Positions 30,601 to 40,707 of a stretch of 64,000 nucleotides of DNA are shown one piece after another (the first letter of the stretch is position 1; each line of letters starts with the position of its first letter). The DNA is taken from NCBI GenBank assembly GCA_963789955.1, contig CAWBMV010000021.1, positions 32,001 through 96,000 of the forward strand. Reading direction: 5' to 3'. Below the pieces are notes generated by a model. That model was not told the DNA's origin. It made no database searches and worked only from the letters and a program-made list of their open reading frames with translations. The DNA comes from an uncultured Candidatus Rokubacteria bacterium (GTDB taxonomy: Bacteria > Methylomirabilota > Methylomirabilia > Rokubacteriales > CSP1-6). A program made the position numbers and the translations under genes.

Positions 30601-31046
30601 GTAGCGGTGGACGGCTTCCATCATGAGCTCGAGGACCGGGTCGAGGAGCTTGCGGGCGTCCTCGGGATCGCGGTCGCCCAGGAGCTCCATCGAGCCCTTG
30701 AGATCCGCGAAGAGAACGGTCACCTGCTTGCGCTCGCCCTCGAGCGCGGACTTCGAGGTGAGGATTTTTTCGGCGAGGTGCTTGGGGGTGTAGGCGTTCG
30801 GGGAGGCGAAGCGCGGCTGGGGGGTCGCGGCGGCGCCGTGGCGGGGTGCGCGGTGACGCCCGCGCGGTGACGGGATTCGTCGAGATTCGCGGGACGCGTC
30901 GGATGCGCGCACTCCAGGCAGAATTTCGCGGCCGCGGGCAGCTGGGCGCCGCAGCTCACGCAGCGGGCCTCTTTGAGCGGAGTCGCGCACTCCAGGCAGA
31001 ACTTCGCCCGCGAGGGATTCTCGGTCTGGCAGCGAGGGCAAGTCAT
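27653..31046 (-). CDS. Second double zinc ribbon + adenylate/guanylate cyclase + STAND ATPase + TPR protein; frameshifts near 30895, 29700, 28990
   Basis: MTCPRC...FCLEC twice; TVLFADLKGS, GDGIMALFGAP; GEPGVGKSRL; GNPLFLEE; FKHSLTHEV; TPR tail in ORF 27653..28987. Confidence 0.88.
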
Positions 31047-31057
31047 CGGGTGGGAGC

Positions 31058-31065
31058 AGTATAAT
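31058..31065. promoter_or_regulatory. Overlapping divergent -10 elements
   Basis: TATAAT (+, 31060-31065) 7 nt before ATG 31073; TATACT (-, 31063-31058) 11 nt before ATG 31046. Confidence 0.45.
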
Positions 31066-31072
31066 CGCCGCC

Positions 31073-31477
31073 ATGGTCGCCGGCCCACGGCTGACGCTCG
31101 GCGGTTTCCTCGCCCGCTTCGCGCTTGCAGTTCTCGTGGTCGGCGCCACCTACAATCCCACTCCGTATTCGTATTACGCGTGGGTCAGGCGCACCGGGTT
31201 CGAGTGGAGTCCGCCGACCGTATTCGGCGGCGTCGTCCTGCTGATCGGATGGTTCATCTGCGTGCGCCTCGCCTTGCGCTCGATGGGCGGCATGGGCCTG
31301 CTGCTCGCCAATGCGTTCCTGGCTGCGCTTTACTGGCTCGTGGGCAGCTGGGGGTGGCTCCCGATTCAGAACGTCGCGGCGATCTCGTGGCTCGGGCTGT
31401 TCAGCGTCGCGGCGATTCTGGCTATTGGGATGTCGTGGACGCACTGGCGGCGGCGGTCGATCATGCCGCCGGGGTGA
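31073..31477 (+). CDS. Small membrane protein (DUF6524-like)
   Basis: FLARF..A.L.V.ATYNPT.YSY..W N-terminus, four hydrophobic segments, LAIGMSW.H.RRR end. Confidence 0.7.
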   Translation: MVAGPRLTLGGFLARFALAVLVVGATYNPTPYSYYAWVRRTGFEWSPPTVFGGVVLLIGWFICVRLALRSMGGMGLLLANAFLAALYWLVGSWGWLPIQNVAAISWLGLFSVAAILAIGMSWTHWRRRSIMPPG

Positions 31478-31648
31478 TTGCGCGCTCGTCGGGCTGATCT
31501 GGGCATCACCTCGACGCTGCTGCGCTCCGGAGCCGCGTTTTCGCGCAGATGTAGGACGAGCCGTCTCGGAGCGCGCGTGGCACGCCGTCCGGCGACTCAT
31601 GAATACTTGCCGCTTCGGCATGGTCGAACAATGTGCGAGGTGAGGACT

Positions 31649-32020
31649 ATGGCAATTAAGGAACTCTGATCGATCGCGCTTGTGGCGGTCGCGATCATGC
31701 TTGCGGCCGCATCGTTGAGCTACGCCGCGCCGCGCGGCGGGCCTGGCATCCCGGGGCATCCGCCGGTTCCGCACTTCGATGGCCATCATGCGTTCCGTCC
31801 CGGCTTCGACGCCCGCCACCATTTCGTGCGCGGGCCGCACGTCGGTGTGTTCGTCGGTGTGCCGCTCTTCGTGCCGCCGGCGTACCCGGCGTACTACCCG
31901 CCGGCGTACACGTACGAGGCGCCGGCGCCGAGCTACTGGTACTACTGCCCGAGCTACGGCGCGTACTACCCGAACGTGTCCAGCTGTCCGGAGCCGTGGG
32001 TCCCGGTACCAGCGCAGTAG
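31649..32020 (+). CDS. Secreted Pro/Tyr/His-rich small protein; start region probably frameshifted
   Basis: RBS GAGGA before ATG 31649; ORF 31682..32020 with signal-like N-terminus and C-terminal YWYYC....YYP.V..CPEPW.PVP. Confidence 0.65.
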
Positions 32021-32096
32021 CGTAGCGAGCTCTTCTCGCGTCAGTCACTCGAGCGGCGCGGCCCGAGAATCCGGGTCGCGCCGCGTTTCGCAAGCC

Positions 32097-32125
32097 TTGA
32101 CAGCCGTGGTGGGCTCCCGAATAAT
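32097..32125 (+). promoter_or_regulatory. Sigma70-type promoter for the ABC operon
   Basis: TTGACA 32097-32102, 17-nt spacer, AATAAT 32120-32125, then RBS AAGGAG and ATG 32154. Confidence 0.5.
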
Positions 32126-32153
32126 CACGCCACTTCGGGAAGGAGACACGCCC

Positions 32154-33449
32154 ATGAAGCCCACCACTCGACGGAGCTTTCTACAGACGACCGGTCTCCT
32201 TGGCGCCTCGGCCGTCCTCGCCGACGGGTTGCTCAGCGAGGCGCGCGCCGACAAGCCGATCAACCTCGCCGGCTGGGTCTTCAAGCCCGATACGGTCAAG
32301 GACTACGTCAACGTCTACAACCAGAAGTTCGGTGGCCAGGTGAAGTACGAGGCGATTCCGTGGGCCCAGTACCACCCGTCGATGGAAACGCGCGCGTTCG
32401 GCGGCGACATGTTCGACGTCATGTACTGCGCCCACAACTTCCGTGAGCGCTGGTACGAGAACGGGCTCATCCGACCACTCGACGACCTGCCCGGCATCGA
32501 CGAGCTGAAGAAGAAGATGACCCCGCAGAACCTCGAGAGCCTCAAGACCAAGGACGGCAAGCTCTCCGGCCTGCCCTACTTCACGAGCCTCTTTACCCTC
32601 ATCTACAACGAGCCGATGCTCCAGCAAGCAGGGATCAAGGCGCCGGCGAAGAGCTGGGACGAGCTGGTCGAGCACAGCGTGAAGCTGAAGAAGGACAAGG
32701 TGAGCGACCATCCGTTCCTTCCCAACTGGAACAACAGCCCCTCGGGAACCATGCCGCAATTCATGACCGACGCCTTTTCCGAGGGCGCGAACGTCTTCGA
32801 CGCCAAGAACAAGGTCATCGTCGATCAGGAGCCCGGCGTCGCGCGCGCCATGGAACGCTGGCAGAAGGTGTGGAAGGCCGAGCTGGTCAACCCGGAAGTG
32901 CTGACCAAGACCTCGTCGACCGATACGCACCGTCTCTTCTGGACCGGGCGCTACGCGTACCACACGAACCATTCCTACTACCTCAAGACGATCGCCGGCG
33001 AGCCCGAGAACTCGAAACTCGCGCCCAAGAAGGCGAAGATGACGATGTACCCCGGCACCGGCCAGACCTACATGTGGACGGACTCCTACACGATCAACGC
33101 CAAGACGAAGAACATGGACGATGCCTGGAAGCTGACCCGTTACCTGGGCGGCAACCTCGCGGGCGACTGGTACGTCCAGCGTCAGTGGTGCCTCATCTCC
33201 GGCCTCGACAACCCCTATCCCGAGATGTACGAGCACCCGGAGATCATTGCGTCCTACGACCGCTGGGTGGACCTGAAGCTGCTCCGGAAGCAGTACGAGA
33301 AGGGCAAGGTCATCGCCGCGTACAAGGAGCCCTGGTACAGCGAGTACGACGTCAAGGCCGTGCCGATCGTCCACAACATGATTCGCGGCGGCACGACCGT
33401 GCCCCAGGCGCTCAAGGAGCTCGTGAAGCTGCAGAAGTCGCTCGAGTAG
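32154..33449 (+). CDS. Tat-exported ABC substrate-binding protein (SBP family 1)
   Basis: TRRSFLQ twin-arginine signal; GLPYF...LIYN..ML..AGI...KSWDEL. Confidence 0.9.
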   Translation: MKPTTRRSFLQTTGLLGASAVLADGLLSEARADKPINLAGWVFKPDTVKDYVNVYNQKFGGQVKYEAIPWAQYHPSMETRAFGGDMFDVMYCAHNFRERWYENGLIRPLDDLPGIDELKKKMTPQNLESLKTKDGKLSGLPYFTSLFTLIYNEPMLQQAGIKAPAKSWDELVEHSVKLKKDKVSDHPFLPNWNNSPSGTMPQFMTDAFSEGANVFDAKNKVIVDQEPGVARAMERWQKVWKAELVNPEVLTKTSSTDTHRLFWTGRYAYHTNHSYYLKTIAGEPENSKLAPKKAKMTMYPGTGQTYMWTDSYTINAKTKNMDDAWKLTRYLGGNLAGDWYVQRQWCLISGLDNPYPEMYEHPEIIASYDRWVDLKLLRKQYEKGKVIAAYKEPWYSEYDVKAVPIVHNMIRGGTTVPQALKELVKLQKSLE

Positions 33450-33462
33450 GCCGCTCGGCGAT

Positions 33463-34452
33463 ATGGCGTCGGCCCCGCCGGACCGCATCGTGAGTCCGGT
33501 CCTCGCCCCAGGCCTGACCGCCCGCCGGTTCCGACTCTCGGAGCGCTCGTTCGCGTCGCTCCTGATTCTCCCGGCCTTTCTCGTCATTTCTCTCGTCGTA
33601 CTCTTCCCGCTCGCCTATTCGCTCTGGATGAGCTTCGCCGACGTGAATCTCCTGCGCGCGACGGGCCCGGCGGTGGAGCTCTTCGGCGTGCGCATCCCGC
33701 TCTTCCGCTATGTCGGCCTGCAGAACTATCTGCGGCTCTTCGCCGACCCGAACTACTGGGACTCGTTCTGGCGCACCGCGTACTTCGTCGGCGCATTCGT
33801 CTTCGAGACCACAGTGGTCGGGCTCGGGATGGCGCTGGCGCTGCAAGAGCGCTTCGTGGGGCGGCCGATGATGCGAAGCCTGCTCCTCATCCCCTGGTCG
33901 CTGTCCCGCGTCGTCGTGGGCCTTCTCTGGATCGGCATCCTCGACGTCGAGTTCGGCGCGCTGAACGGTCTTCTCTACAGAGCGGGGCTCATCGAGAGCT
34001 ATATCTCGTTCCTCAAATCCGGCTTCAGCGCGCTCAACGTCCTGGTCTCTGTCTACATGTGGAACCAGGCGCCGTTCGCGACCTTGTTGTTGCTCGCGGG
34101 AATGCAATCGATTCCCGTGGAGCTCTACAGTGCAGCCGAGGTGGACGGCGCCGGCTACTGGCAGCGCTTCCGGCACGTGACCTTGCCCGCGCTGCGCGGC
34201 ATGCTGTTCCTGATCCTCGTCGTGTCCACCGTCAATGGGTTCCTGATGCTGGACCTGATCTACGTCCTGACGATGGGCGGCCCGGGCAACGAGACGACGA
34301 CGCTCTCCTGGCTCGGCTTCCAGACCGCGTTTCAGTTCTTCAAGTTCGGGCCGGGCACGGCGATCCTCTACACGATCACGGTCTTCTGCCTCATCCTGGC
34401 GATCATCTACCAGAAGGTGGTCTTCCGAAAGCTCGAGGCCGAGCAAGCGTGA
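33463..34452 (+). CDS. Carbohydrate-type ABC permease (MalF-like)
   Basis: YVGLQNY, LAGMQSIP.ELYSAAEVDGAG, LTMGGPG. Confidence 0.92.
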   Translation: MASAPPDRIVSPVLAPGLTARRFRLSERSFASLLILPAFLVISLVVLFPLAYSLWMSFADVNLLRATGPAVELFGVRIPLFRYVGLQNYLRLFADPNYWDSFWRTAYFVGAFVFETTVVGLGMALALQERFVGRPMMRSLLLIPWSLSRVVVGLLWIGILDVEFGALNGLLYRAGLIESYISFLKSGFSALNVLVSVYMWNQAPFATLLLLAGMQSIPVELYSAAEVDGAGYWQRFRHVTLPALRGMLFLILVVSTVNGFLMLDLIYVLTMGGPGNETTTLSWLGFQTAFQFFKFGPGTAILYTITVFCLILAIIYQKVVFRKLEAEQA

Positions 34453-35309
34453 GACTCGAGCGACGCGTGCACCGAACGGCGGTCTACGCGCTGGTCGCCG
34501 TGATCGCGCTCTGGCTCGTCGGCCCGTTCGTCTGGCTGTTCATCACGAGCGTCTCGTACCAGCGAAACTTGTTGGCGCGCCCGCTGGCATTGATCCCATC
34601 CGAGATCACGTTCGACAACTACCGGATGGTTCTCGGCATGGTTCGTTTCCACGCCGAGGGGCAGGCCGCCAAGATCCTGCCCTCGATGCTCAACAGCTTG
34701 ATCGTCGCCGCGGCGGTGACGGCCGTGAATCTGGTCATCGGCACGACCGCCGGCTACGCCTATGCCCGCTTCCGGGTGCCGCTCAAGACGTTCTCCCTCT
34801 TCGCGCTGCTCTTCACCCGCATGCTGCCGACGGTCGTCTTGATCCCGGCGTACTTCCTTCTGTTCAAGGCCCTCGGGCTCCAGAACACGCTGACGGGCCT
34901 GGTCCTCGCGTACTGCTCGTTCACCCTGCCGTTCACGGTTTGGATCATGAAGGCCTACTTCGAGACGATCCCGACCGATCTCGACAAGAGCGCGCTCGTG
35001 GACGGGTGTAATCGTCTGCAGGCGTACTACTGGATCGTTCTGCCAGTGTCCGGCCCGGGGCTGGTCGCCAGCGGCGCCTTCACGTTCATGCTGTGCTGGA
35101 ACGAGTTCATCGTGGCGCAGGTGCTCAACACGAAGCTCGGGACGACGACCTTGCCACCGGTCATCGCGGGCATGAACGGGCAGATCAACATCGACTACTC
35201 CGTGATCGCCGCGTCGGGGTTCCTGTCCGCGCTCCCGGCGGTGCTGCTCGTGCTCGGATTTCAGAAGTACATGGTGCAGGGCTTGACGGCGGGATCCGTC
35301 AAGGGATAG
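34449..35309 (+). CDS. Carbohydrate-type ABC permease (MalG-like)
   Basis: GTGA overlap with previous gene; FETIP.DLDKSALVDGC; WNEF; GLTAGSVKG end. Confidence 0.92.
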   Translation: MRLERRVHRTAVYALVAVIALWLVGPFVWLFITSVSYQRNLLARPLALIPSEITFDNYRMVLGMVRFHAEGQAAKILPSMLNSLIVAAAVTAVNLVIGTTAGYAYARFRVPLKTFSLFALLFTRMLPTVVLIPAYFLLFKALGLQNTLTGLVLAYCSFTLPFTVWIMKAYFETIPTDLDKSALVDGCNRLQAYYWIVLPVSGPGLVASGAFTFMLCWNEFIVAQVLNTKLGTTTLPPVIAGMNGQINIDYSVIAASGFLSALPAVLLVLGFQKYMVQGLTAGSVKG

Positions 35310-35781
35310 GTGTCGTCCGCCCGCGGCGACATAGGCCTGCGCCTCATCGCGGCCTTCAAGCTGCTGAAGGCGCTCCTCCTCATCGGCGTGGGATTCGGCG
35401 CGCTGCGCCTGATCCACGCCGACGTATCGGTTCTCGCGACCTCGTGGGCGGACCGGCTCAACATCGACCCTCAGAACCGTTACCTCGTGTGTAATTCTTA
35501 GCCGACTCGTGGCCGCCGATCCTCGTACCTTTGCGACGATCGCCGCGGGGTCGTTCGTATACGCGGCCGTGTTCATCACCGAAGGGGTGGGCCTCTGGTT
35601 CAGGCGCCGATGGGCGGAGTACTTTACGATCATCGTCACGAGCTCATTGATCCCGCTCGAGCTCTACGAGGTCTGCAAACGCTTCGCGGTATCACGGGTG
35701 GCGATCATCGCGGTCAACGTCGCGATCGTCGCCTACCTGGTGCGACAGCTACGTGTTGTTCGGGGGTCGAGCGGGGAATGA
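35310..35781 (+). CDS. DUF2127-like membrane protein, split by a frameshift near 35490
   Basis: GLRLIAAFKLLKA in ORF 35310..35501 continues as YAAVF.TEGVGLW.RRRWAEY.T...T...IP.E.YE in ORF 35509..35781. Confidence 0.75.
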
Positions 35782-35813
35782 AAAAGGGGCCGCCCCTTGC
35801 GGAGCGGCCCCTT
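35781..35813 (-). terminator. Rho-independent terminator downstream of the TPP enzyme gene
   Basis: Minus strand AAGGGGCCGC-loop-GCGGCCCCTT followed by TTT, ~20 nt past the stop; lies between convergent genes. Confidence 0.75.
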
Positions 35814-35833
35814 ACCGTCGAAGCGTCAGCCGA

Positions 35834-37493
35834 TCAGCTATGCCACTTGAACTGCTGCGGCTTGCGCGCAGATTCCTGCGAGATCATGACGTTGACCAGC
35901 GCCGGACCTTTGAACGCGGTCGCCTGCTCCAAGCGCACTCTTCAGATCCTTCGGGTTCTCGACGAACCAGCCCTTGCCGCCGAACGCTTCCATCATCTTG
36001 TCGTAGCGCGCCCCATAGATCAGCGCGTTCGGCTTCATGGTCTGAAGCGGGTTGGCCGGCGGTGTCGCGTGTCCAGGCCCGATGCCGCCGTTGTTGAAGA
36101 CGACGATCTTGACCGGTAGCTGATAGCGGCAGGCCGTCTCGATCTCCATGCCGGAGAAGCCGATCGCCGAGTCGCCCGAGACCGAGATGATCGGCTTGTC
36201 GGGATGCACCACCGCGGCGGCGATGACGAAGCCCATGCCGATGCCCATCGTGCCGTAGCTGCCGGCGTCGAGCCGGTGCCGCGGCCTCGAATTGAAGAGC
36301 TGGGTGCGGCCGATGTCCATCGTGCTGGCGCCCTCGCCGATGATGATCGCGTTCTCCGGCGCCCACGCGGCCACGTCCTTCAGCGCGCGGTAGTAGTTGG
36401 CCGGCGCCGTGTCGTCCACGAGCTGAGGCGCGATCTGGGCCGCATTCGCCGCCGCCTTTTCGGCGATCGCGGCATGCCAGGCCGATTCCTTGGGGTAGAC
36501 CCACTCGCGCTTGCCGAGCGCCTGGTTGAGCTGCCCGACGATCGCCTTGCCGTCGCCGACCAGCGCGACCTGGGTCGGCGCGTTCTGGCCGATCGTCTCC
36601 GGCGCGATGTCGAGCTGGATGATCTTCACGTCCTTGCTGAAGCGGGGCGGCAGGCCGAAATGCATGATCCAGTTGAGCCGCGCGCCCATCAGGAGGACGA
36701 CGTCGGCATTCTGCAGCGCGTGGCTGCGCGCCGCGCCGACCGACAGCGGATGGTTGTCGGGCATCACACCCTTGCCCATCGGCGAGGCCAGGAACGGCAC
36801 CTTCGTGCGCTCGATGAAGGCCCGAACCTCGTCTTCGGCGCGCGAGTAGGCCATGCCCTTGCCGACGATGACGAGCGGCCGCTCGGCCGACCGGAGCACG
36901 TTCAGCGCCTTTTCGACATCCTCCGGCATGGCCTGGGTGCGCGGCGGGTCCGGGCAGCGTCCCGGCTCGTCCACCCGCGCCTCATCGACTTTTCCGGTAA
37001 TGATGTCGTCCGGCATGTCGAGGTAGCTCGCACCGGGCCGTCCGTAGATCGCGTTCCTGACCGCCATCTCGACATAGAACGGGATGCGGTGAACGTGCTC
37101 GATCCCGTGGGCGAACTTGCAGAACGGCGTCGCGATCAGCACCTGGCGCTCTTCCTGGAACGCCCCCATGCCGTTGCGCCACGACTCCGACGCGCCACCG
37201 ATGAGAATCATCGGCCAGCCGTTCTGCTGCGCGTTGGCGAGGCCGGCGAGCGCGTGAACGACGCCGGGGCCCGACACCACGAGGCAGGCGCCGGGGCGCC
37301 CAGTCAGATAGCCGACGGCCTGCGCCGCATACGAGGCGGACTGCTCGTTGCGCATGCCGACGTAGGTGATGCCTTCCTTCTGCGCGGCCGCGGCGATCGG
37401 CTGCACCGGAAACCCGACGATTCCGAACATGAACTGGACGCCCTGCTTTTTGAGACTTCTCGCGACTAGTGTTGCGCCGTCGACTTCGGCCAT
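35834..37493 (-). CDS. TPP-dependent 2-hydroxyacyl-CoA lyase / oxalyl-CoA decarboxylase family; frameshift near 35930
   Basis: FGIVGFPV, GMRNEQSASYAA, GAFQE, LDAGSYGTMG, GDSAIGFSGME...NNGGI; corrected C-terminus GPALVNVMISQESARKPQQFKWHS. Confidence 0.9.
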
Positions 37494-37612
37494 GAGTTCC
37501 CTCCCTGTCAGATTGGGGCCTAAGATCGCGCCCCCAGAGGCCGGAGTCAAGCCCCGCGGAATACGTGGTTCAGGCGCAGGCGACGACCAAATCTCGAGCG
37601 GGGAAATCGACG

Positions 37613-38425
37613 CTACCAGGCGCGCAGAGACAACAGAGCCGCAGGCAAGAACCTCCGCGCGCCGAACCGGATCAGCTGCACGGTGATGTTGTCCGGACCG
37701 CCGCGCTCATTCGCCAGCGATACCAGTCCCTCGCAGGCTCGGTGCGGCGCTTGGCTCTCGGCCATCCGACGAATCTCGTGCGGCCTCACCTGGCGCGTGA
37801 GGCCGTCGGTGCAGAGCACCAGCATGTCCCCACTGCGGAGCGGCAGCGGGCCCTGCGCCTCGATCGCGACGTCCTGCGCGAGTCCCAGGGCCCGCAGGAC
37901 GACGTGGGCGCTCGGATGATGCTCGGCCTCGGTCGCGCTGAGGACACCCTCTCGTACCAGCTCGGCGACGAGCGAGTGGTCCTCGGTCAGCTGACGGATC
38001 TGGCGGCCTCGGATGAGGAAGGCCCGACTGTCTCCCACATGGGCCAGGAAGGCGTCGTGATCGTGGACGACCAGCGCGGTGAGCGTCGTTCCCATCGGCT
38101 CTTGGCCCGCGGCGACTCCGCTCTCGCGATAGACGGCCTCGTTCGCGATCTGGACGGACGCGCGCAGCGCCTCCGGCAACGGCTCCGAGCGCCTTGTGTC
38201 GTAGTAGGCGTCGTGCAGCGTCTGGACCGCGAGGCGACTGGCCACGTCTCCGCGCGTGTGGCCCCCCATCCCGTCGGCGACGACGAAGAGACGCCCGCGC
38301 GACCGGAGAAGCTCGGGGTCGTCCGGCTCGAAGGCGCCGAGGAAGTCTTCGTTTCGCGCGCGAACGCGGCCGATGTCGGTGAGATGAGCGAACGTGACGG
38401 TCGTCGTCCGACGAGCGTCACCCAT
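37613..38425 (-). CDS. PP2C/Stp1-type Ser/Thr protein phosphatase
   Basis: TDIGRVRARNED, VADGMGGH, MGTT, AHVGDSR, TEDHS, LCTDGL, GGPDNIT. Confidence 0.93.
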   Translation of the reverse strand: MGDARRTTTVTFAHLTDIGRVRARNEDFLGAFEPDDPELLRSRGRLFVVADGMGGHTRGDVASRLAVQTLHDAYYDTRRSEPLPEALRASVQIANEAVYRESGVAAGQEPMGTTLTALVVHDHDAFLAHVGDSRAFLIRGRQIRQLTEDHSLVAELVREGVLSATEAEHHPSAHVVLRALGLAQDVAIEAQGPLPLRSGDMLVLCTDGLTRQVRPHEIRRMAESQAPHRACEGLVSLANERGGPDNITVQLIRFGARRFLPAALLSLRAW

Positions 38426-39150
38426 CACTCGGCGCTCCGCTTGGTGAACCTCGCCTCGCTCGCCTCCACGGCGCTGATGAGCGTTCGGACCGGTGGCGGC
38501 GCCTGACGGCGGCACGACACCGTCGCGCCGTCCAGCCCGGTCAGCTGTCGCACTTCCTGGCCCGCTCGATCCGATCGGCCGAGCGCGAAGTACGCGAGCA
38601 CCAGATGACAGCGGGCGTCCACCAGCGACTTCAGTCTCACGGGCGTCGGAGACAGGCCTTCGAGCTCGACCAGCGCCTGACCGAACGCGGTCACCGCCTC
38701 GCGGAACTGAGCGGCCTGATAGACGGTCTTGGCCTTGGCCAGCACGGCCTCCGGCGATGCGGATCCATCCTCGCGCCGCCGGTACTCGACCAGTGCCCGC
38801 GCCAGCGCGCGCTGCTCCTCGCTCCACTGAGTCTTGCCGAGGCCGGTGTAGGCCTCGGCCAGACTCTGGTGGATTTCGACCAGCTCCTCCAGGCGAAGCG
38901 AGGGCTCGTCGATTTGCTCGACGTCCCACGTGGCCTGGCGCAACGAGCGTACGGCGGTGTCGTATTCACGGGCGCGGAGCTGGCTCAGCCCGCGATCGAG
39001 ATTCGCGCGCAGCTCGCGGTCGGCGCCCGCCCAGGTGTACTTCATGAACTTGACGCCGGGCCAATCGCGCGTGAGCTCCTGCGTCGAGGCGCAGCCTGCG
39101 CTCAAGAGACAGGCGAGACCGAGAAGCCCGAAGGTGCGGTTGGGGTTCAT
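38425..39150 (-). CDS. Lipoprotein with TPR-like helices
   Basis: MNPNRTFGLLGLACLLSAGC lipobox; helical repeats; start overlaps the kinase stop (ATGA), stop overlaps the phosphatase start. Confidence 0.7.
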   Translation of the reverse strand: MNPNRTFGLLGLACLLSAGCASTQELTRDWPGVKFMKYTWAGADRELRANLDRGLSQLRAREYDTAVRSLRQATWDVEQIDEPSLRLEELVEIHQSLAEAYTGLGKTQWSEEQRALARALVEYRRREDGSASPEAVLAKAKTVYQAAQFREAVTAFGQALVELEGLSPTPVRLKSLVDARCHLVLAYFALGRSDRAGQEVRQLTGLDGATVSCRRQAPPPVRTLISAVEASEARFTKRSAE

Positions 39151-40707
39151 TGCTCGATGAACCGCCCGGTATTGAAATCGTAGCTGATCCGCATGGGCGC
39201 GTTGGGCGTGTGTCGAGCGGTGATGCGCAGCAGCCGTTCGGGGCTGCGTTGCCCGTCCATCTCGAAGCGGATGCGATGCTCGCCCATCGGCACCCGCAGG
39301 CACGCCGCGGGTGTGTATCCCACGGACCGGTCGTCGACGTAGACCTCCGCGAACGGCAGCGCATTCACGCTGAGGCACCGTCGCCTCCTGGGATACCGCG
39401 GCGACGGGAGAGGCCGCCGGCGGGGCGGTCGCGGCTTGGGCCACCGTGGCTGAAGCCGTCGCGGTCGGCGTCGCGACCTTCGGCGCCGCCGGGCGCGGCG
39501 CGGGAACTGTCGAGGTCGGGAGCGCCTTTCGCTGCGCCGTAGGCGTCGCGGTCGGACTCGCCGGTCGCGACTCCGTGGGTATCGCGGTCGGAGTCGACGG
39601 TCGCGGCTCGGCGGGTGCGCCAGCCGGAGTCGACGGCCGCGCGGTCGGTTCCATCTCACGCGTGACGCTCGACGCCGGCGCGACGGTCCGCGGAAGGTCC
39701 GTCACGCGCCGAAAAGTCGACCACGTTCCGGCCGCGAGCGCGAGCAGACACATCACGCCTGCCGCGACGCGGACGGGACGCGAGAGAACCGCCCGCCGCA
39801 CGTCCCGCGCGGTCTCGCGCACGAGACGAAGCGTCCGCGTCCGCTGCTCATCGCTCGCCGCGTCGCGCAAGGCGTTGGCCAGGTCCGTGGCCGTCGCGTA
39901 GCGCGCCTCCGGATCCTTGGCCAGCGCGCGCCGCAGGACTCGGTCGAGCGCGAGGGGAAGCTCCGCGTTGTGGCGGCGCACGGACGGCGCGTCGGTGTTG
40001 ACGATGCGGTAGAGCACGGCGGCGAGGTCGGCGGCGTTGAACGGGTTGATCCCGGTGAGCGTTTCGTAGAGCACGACGCCGACGGAGAACAGATCGCTAC
40101 GCGGATCCGCGGCCTGGCCGCGGACCATCTCGGGAGACATGTAGGCCGGCGTCCCCAGCATCGTGCCCGTCTGGGTGTGACTGGCCCCCAGGATGCGGGC
40201 CGTACCGAAGTCCGTGACCTTCGTGACCCCGGGCCCCACGAGGATGTTGCGCGGCTTGATGTCGCGATGGACGACGCCGTGCCGGTGGGCATAGTCGAGC
40301 GCCGCGCACACCTGGACGACGATCGCCACCGCGTCCGCCAGCGGAAGCGGCCGGCCGCCGAGCAGCAGATCGGCGAGCGTGCCCCCCTCGCTGTATTCCA
40401 TGACCATGAACGGCCGACCCTCGGCCTCTCCCACGTCGTGCACGGCGACGATCGCGGGATGCGTGAGCCGGCCGGCCGCCACCGCTTCCTGATGAAAGCG
40501 CTGCTTCAAGCTGACGCCCGACTCCTCGAGCGAGACCAGCTCCGGGCGGAGGATCTTCAAGGCCACGAGGCGATCGAGCTTGGGGTCGTGCGCCTTGTAC
40601 ACGACGCCGCTCGTGCCGCGGCCGAGCTCCGAGATCAGCACGTAGCGGCCGCACAACGGTGGCCGCTCGGCCGGCTTCCGCGCAGCCGGCCACGTCTCCT
40701 CGATCAT
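39147..40707 (-). CDS. Membrane Hanks-type Ser/Thr kinase with Pro/Thr linker and C-terminal PEGA-like domain; frameshift near 39385
   Basis: LGRGTSGVV, VALK, HRDIKPRN, DFG, GTPAYMSPE; TM segment; C-terminus LSVNALPFAEVYVD...GYTP...GEHRI in ORF 39147..39659 frame. Confidence 0.88.
39480..39650 (-). repeat. Degenerate 36-bp (12-aa) tandem repeat encoding the kinase linker
   Basis: RPSTPAGAPAEP / RPSTPTAIPTES / RPASPTATPTAQ; GAGTCGACGG recurs at 39591 and 39627. Confidence 0.6.
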
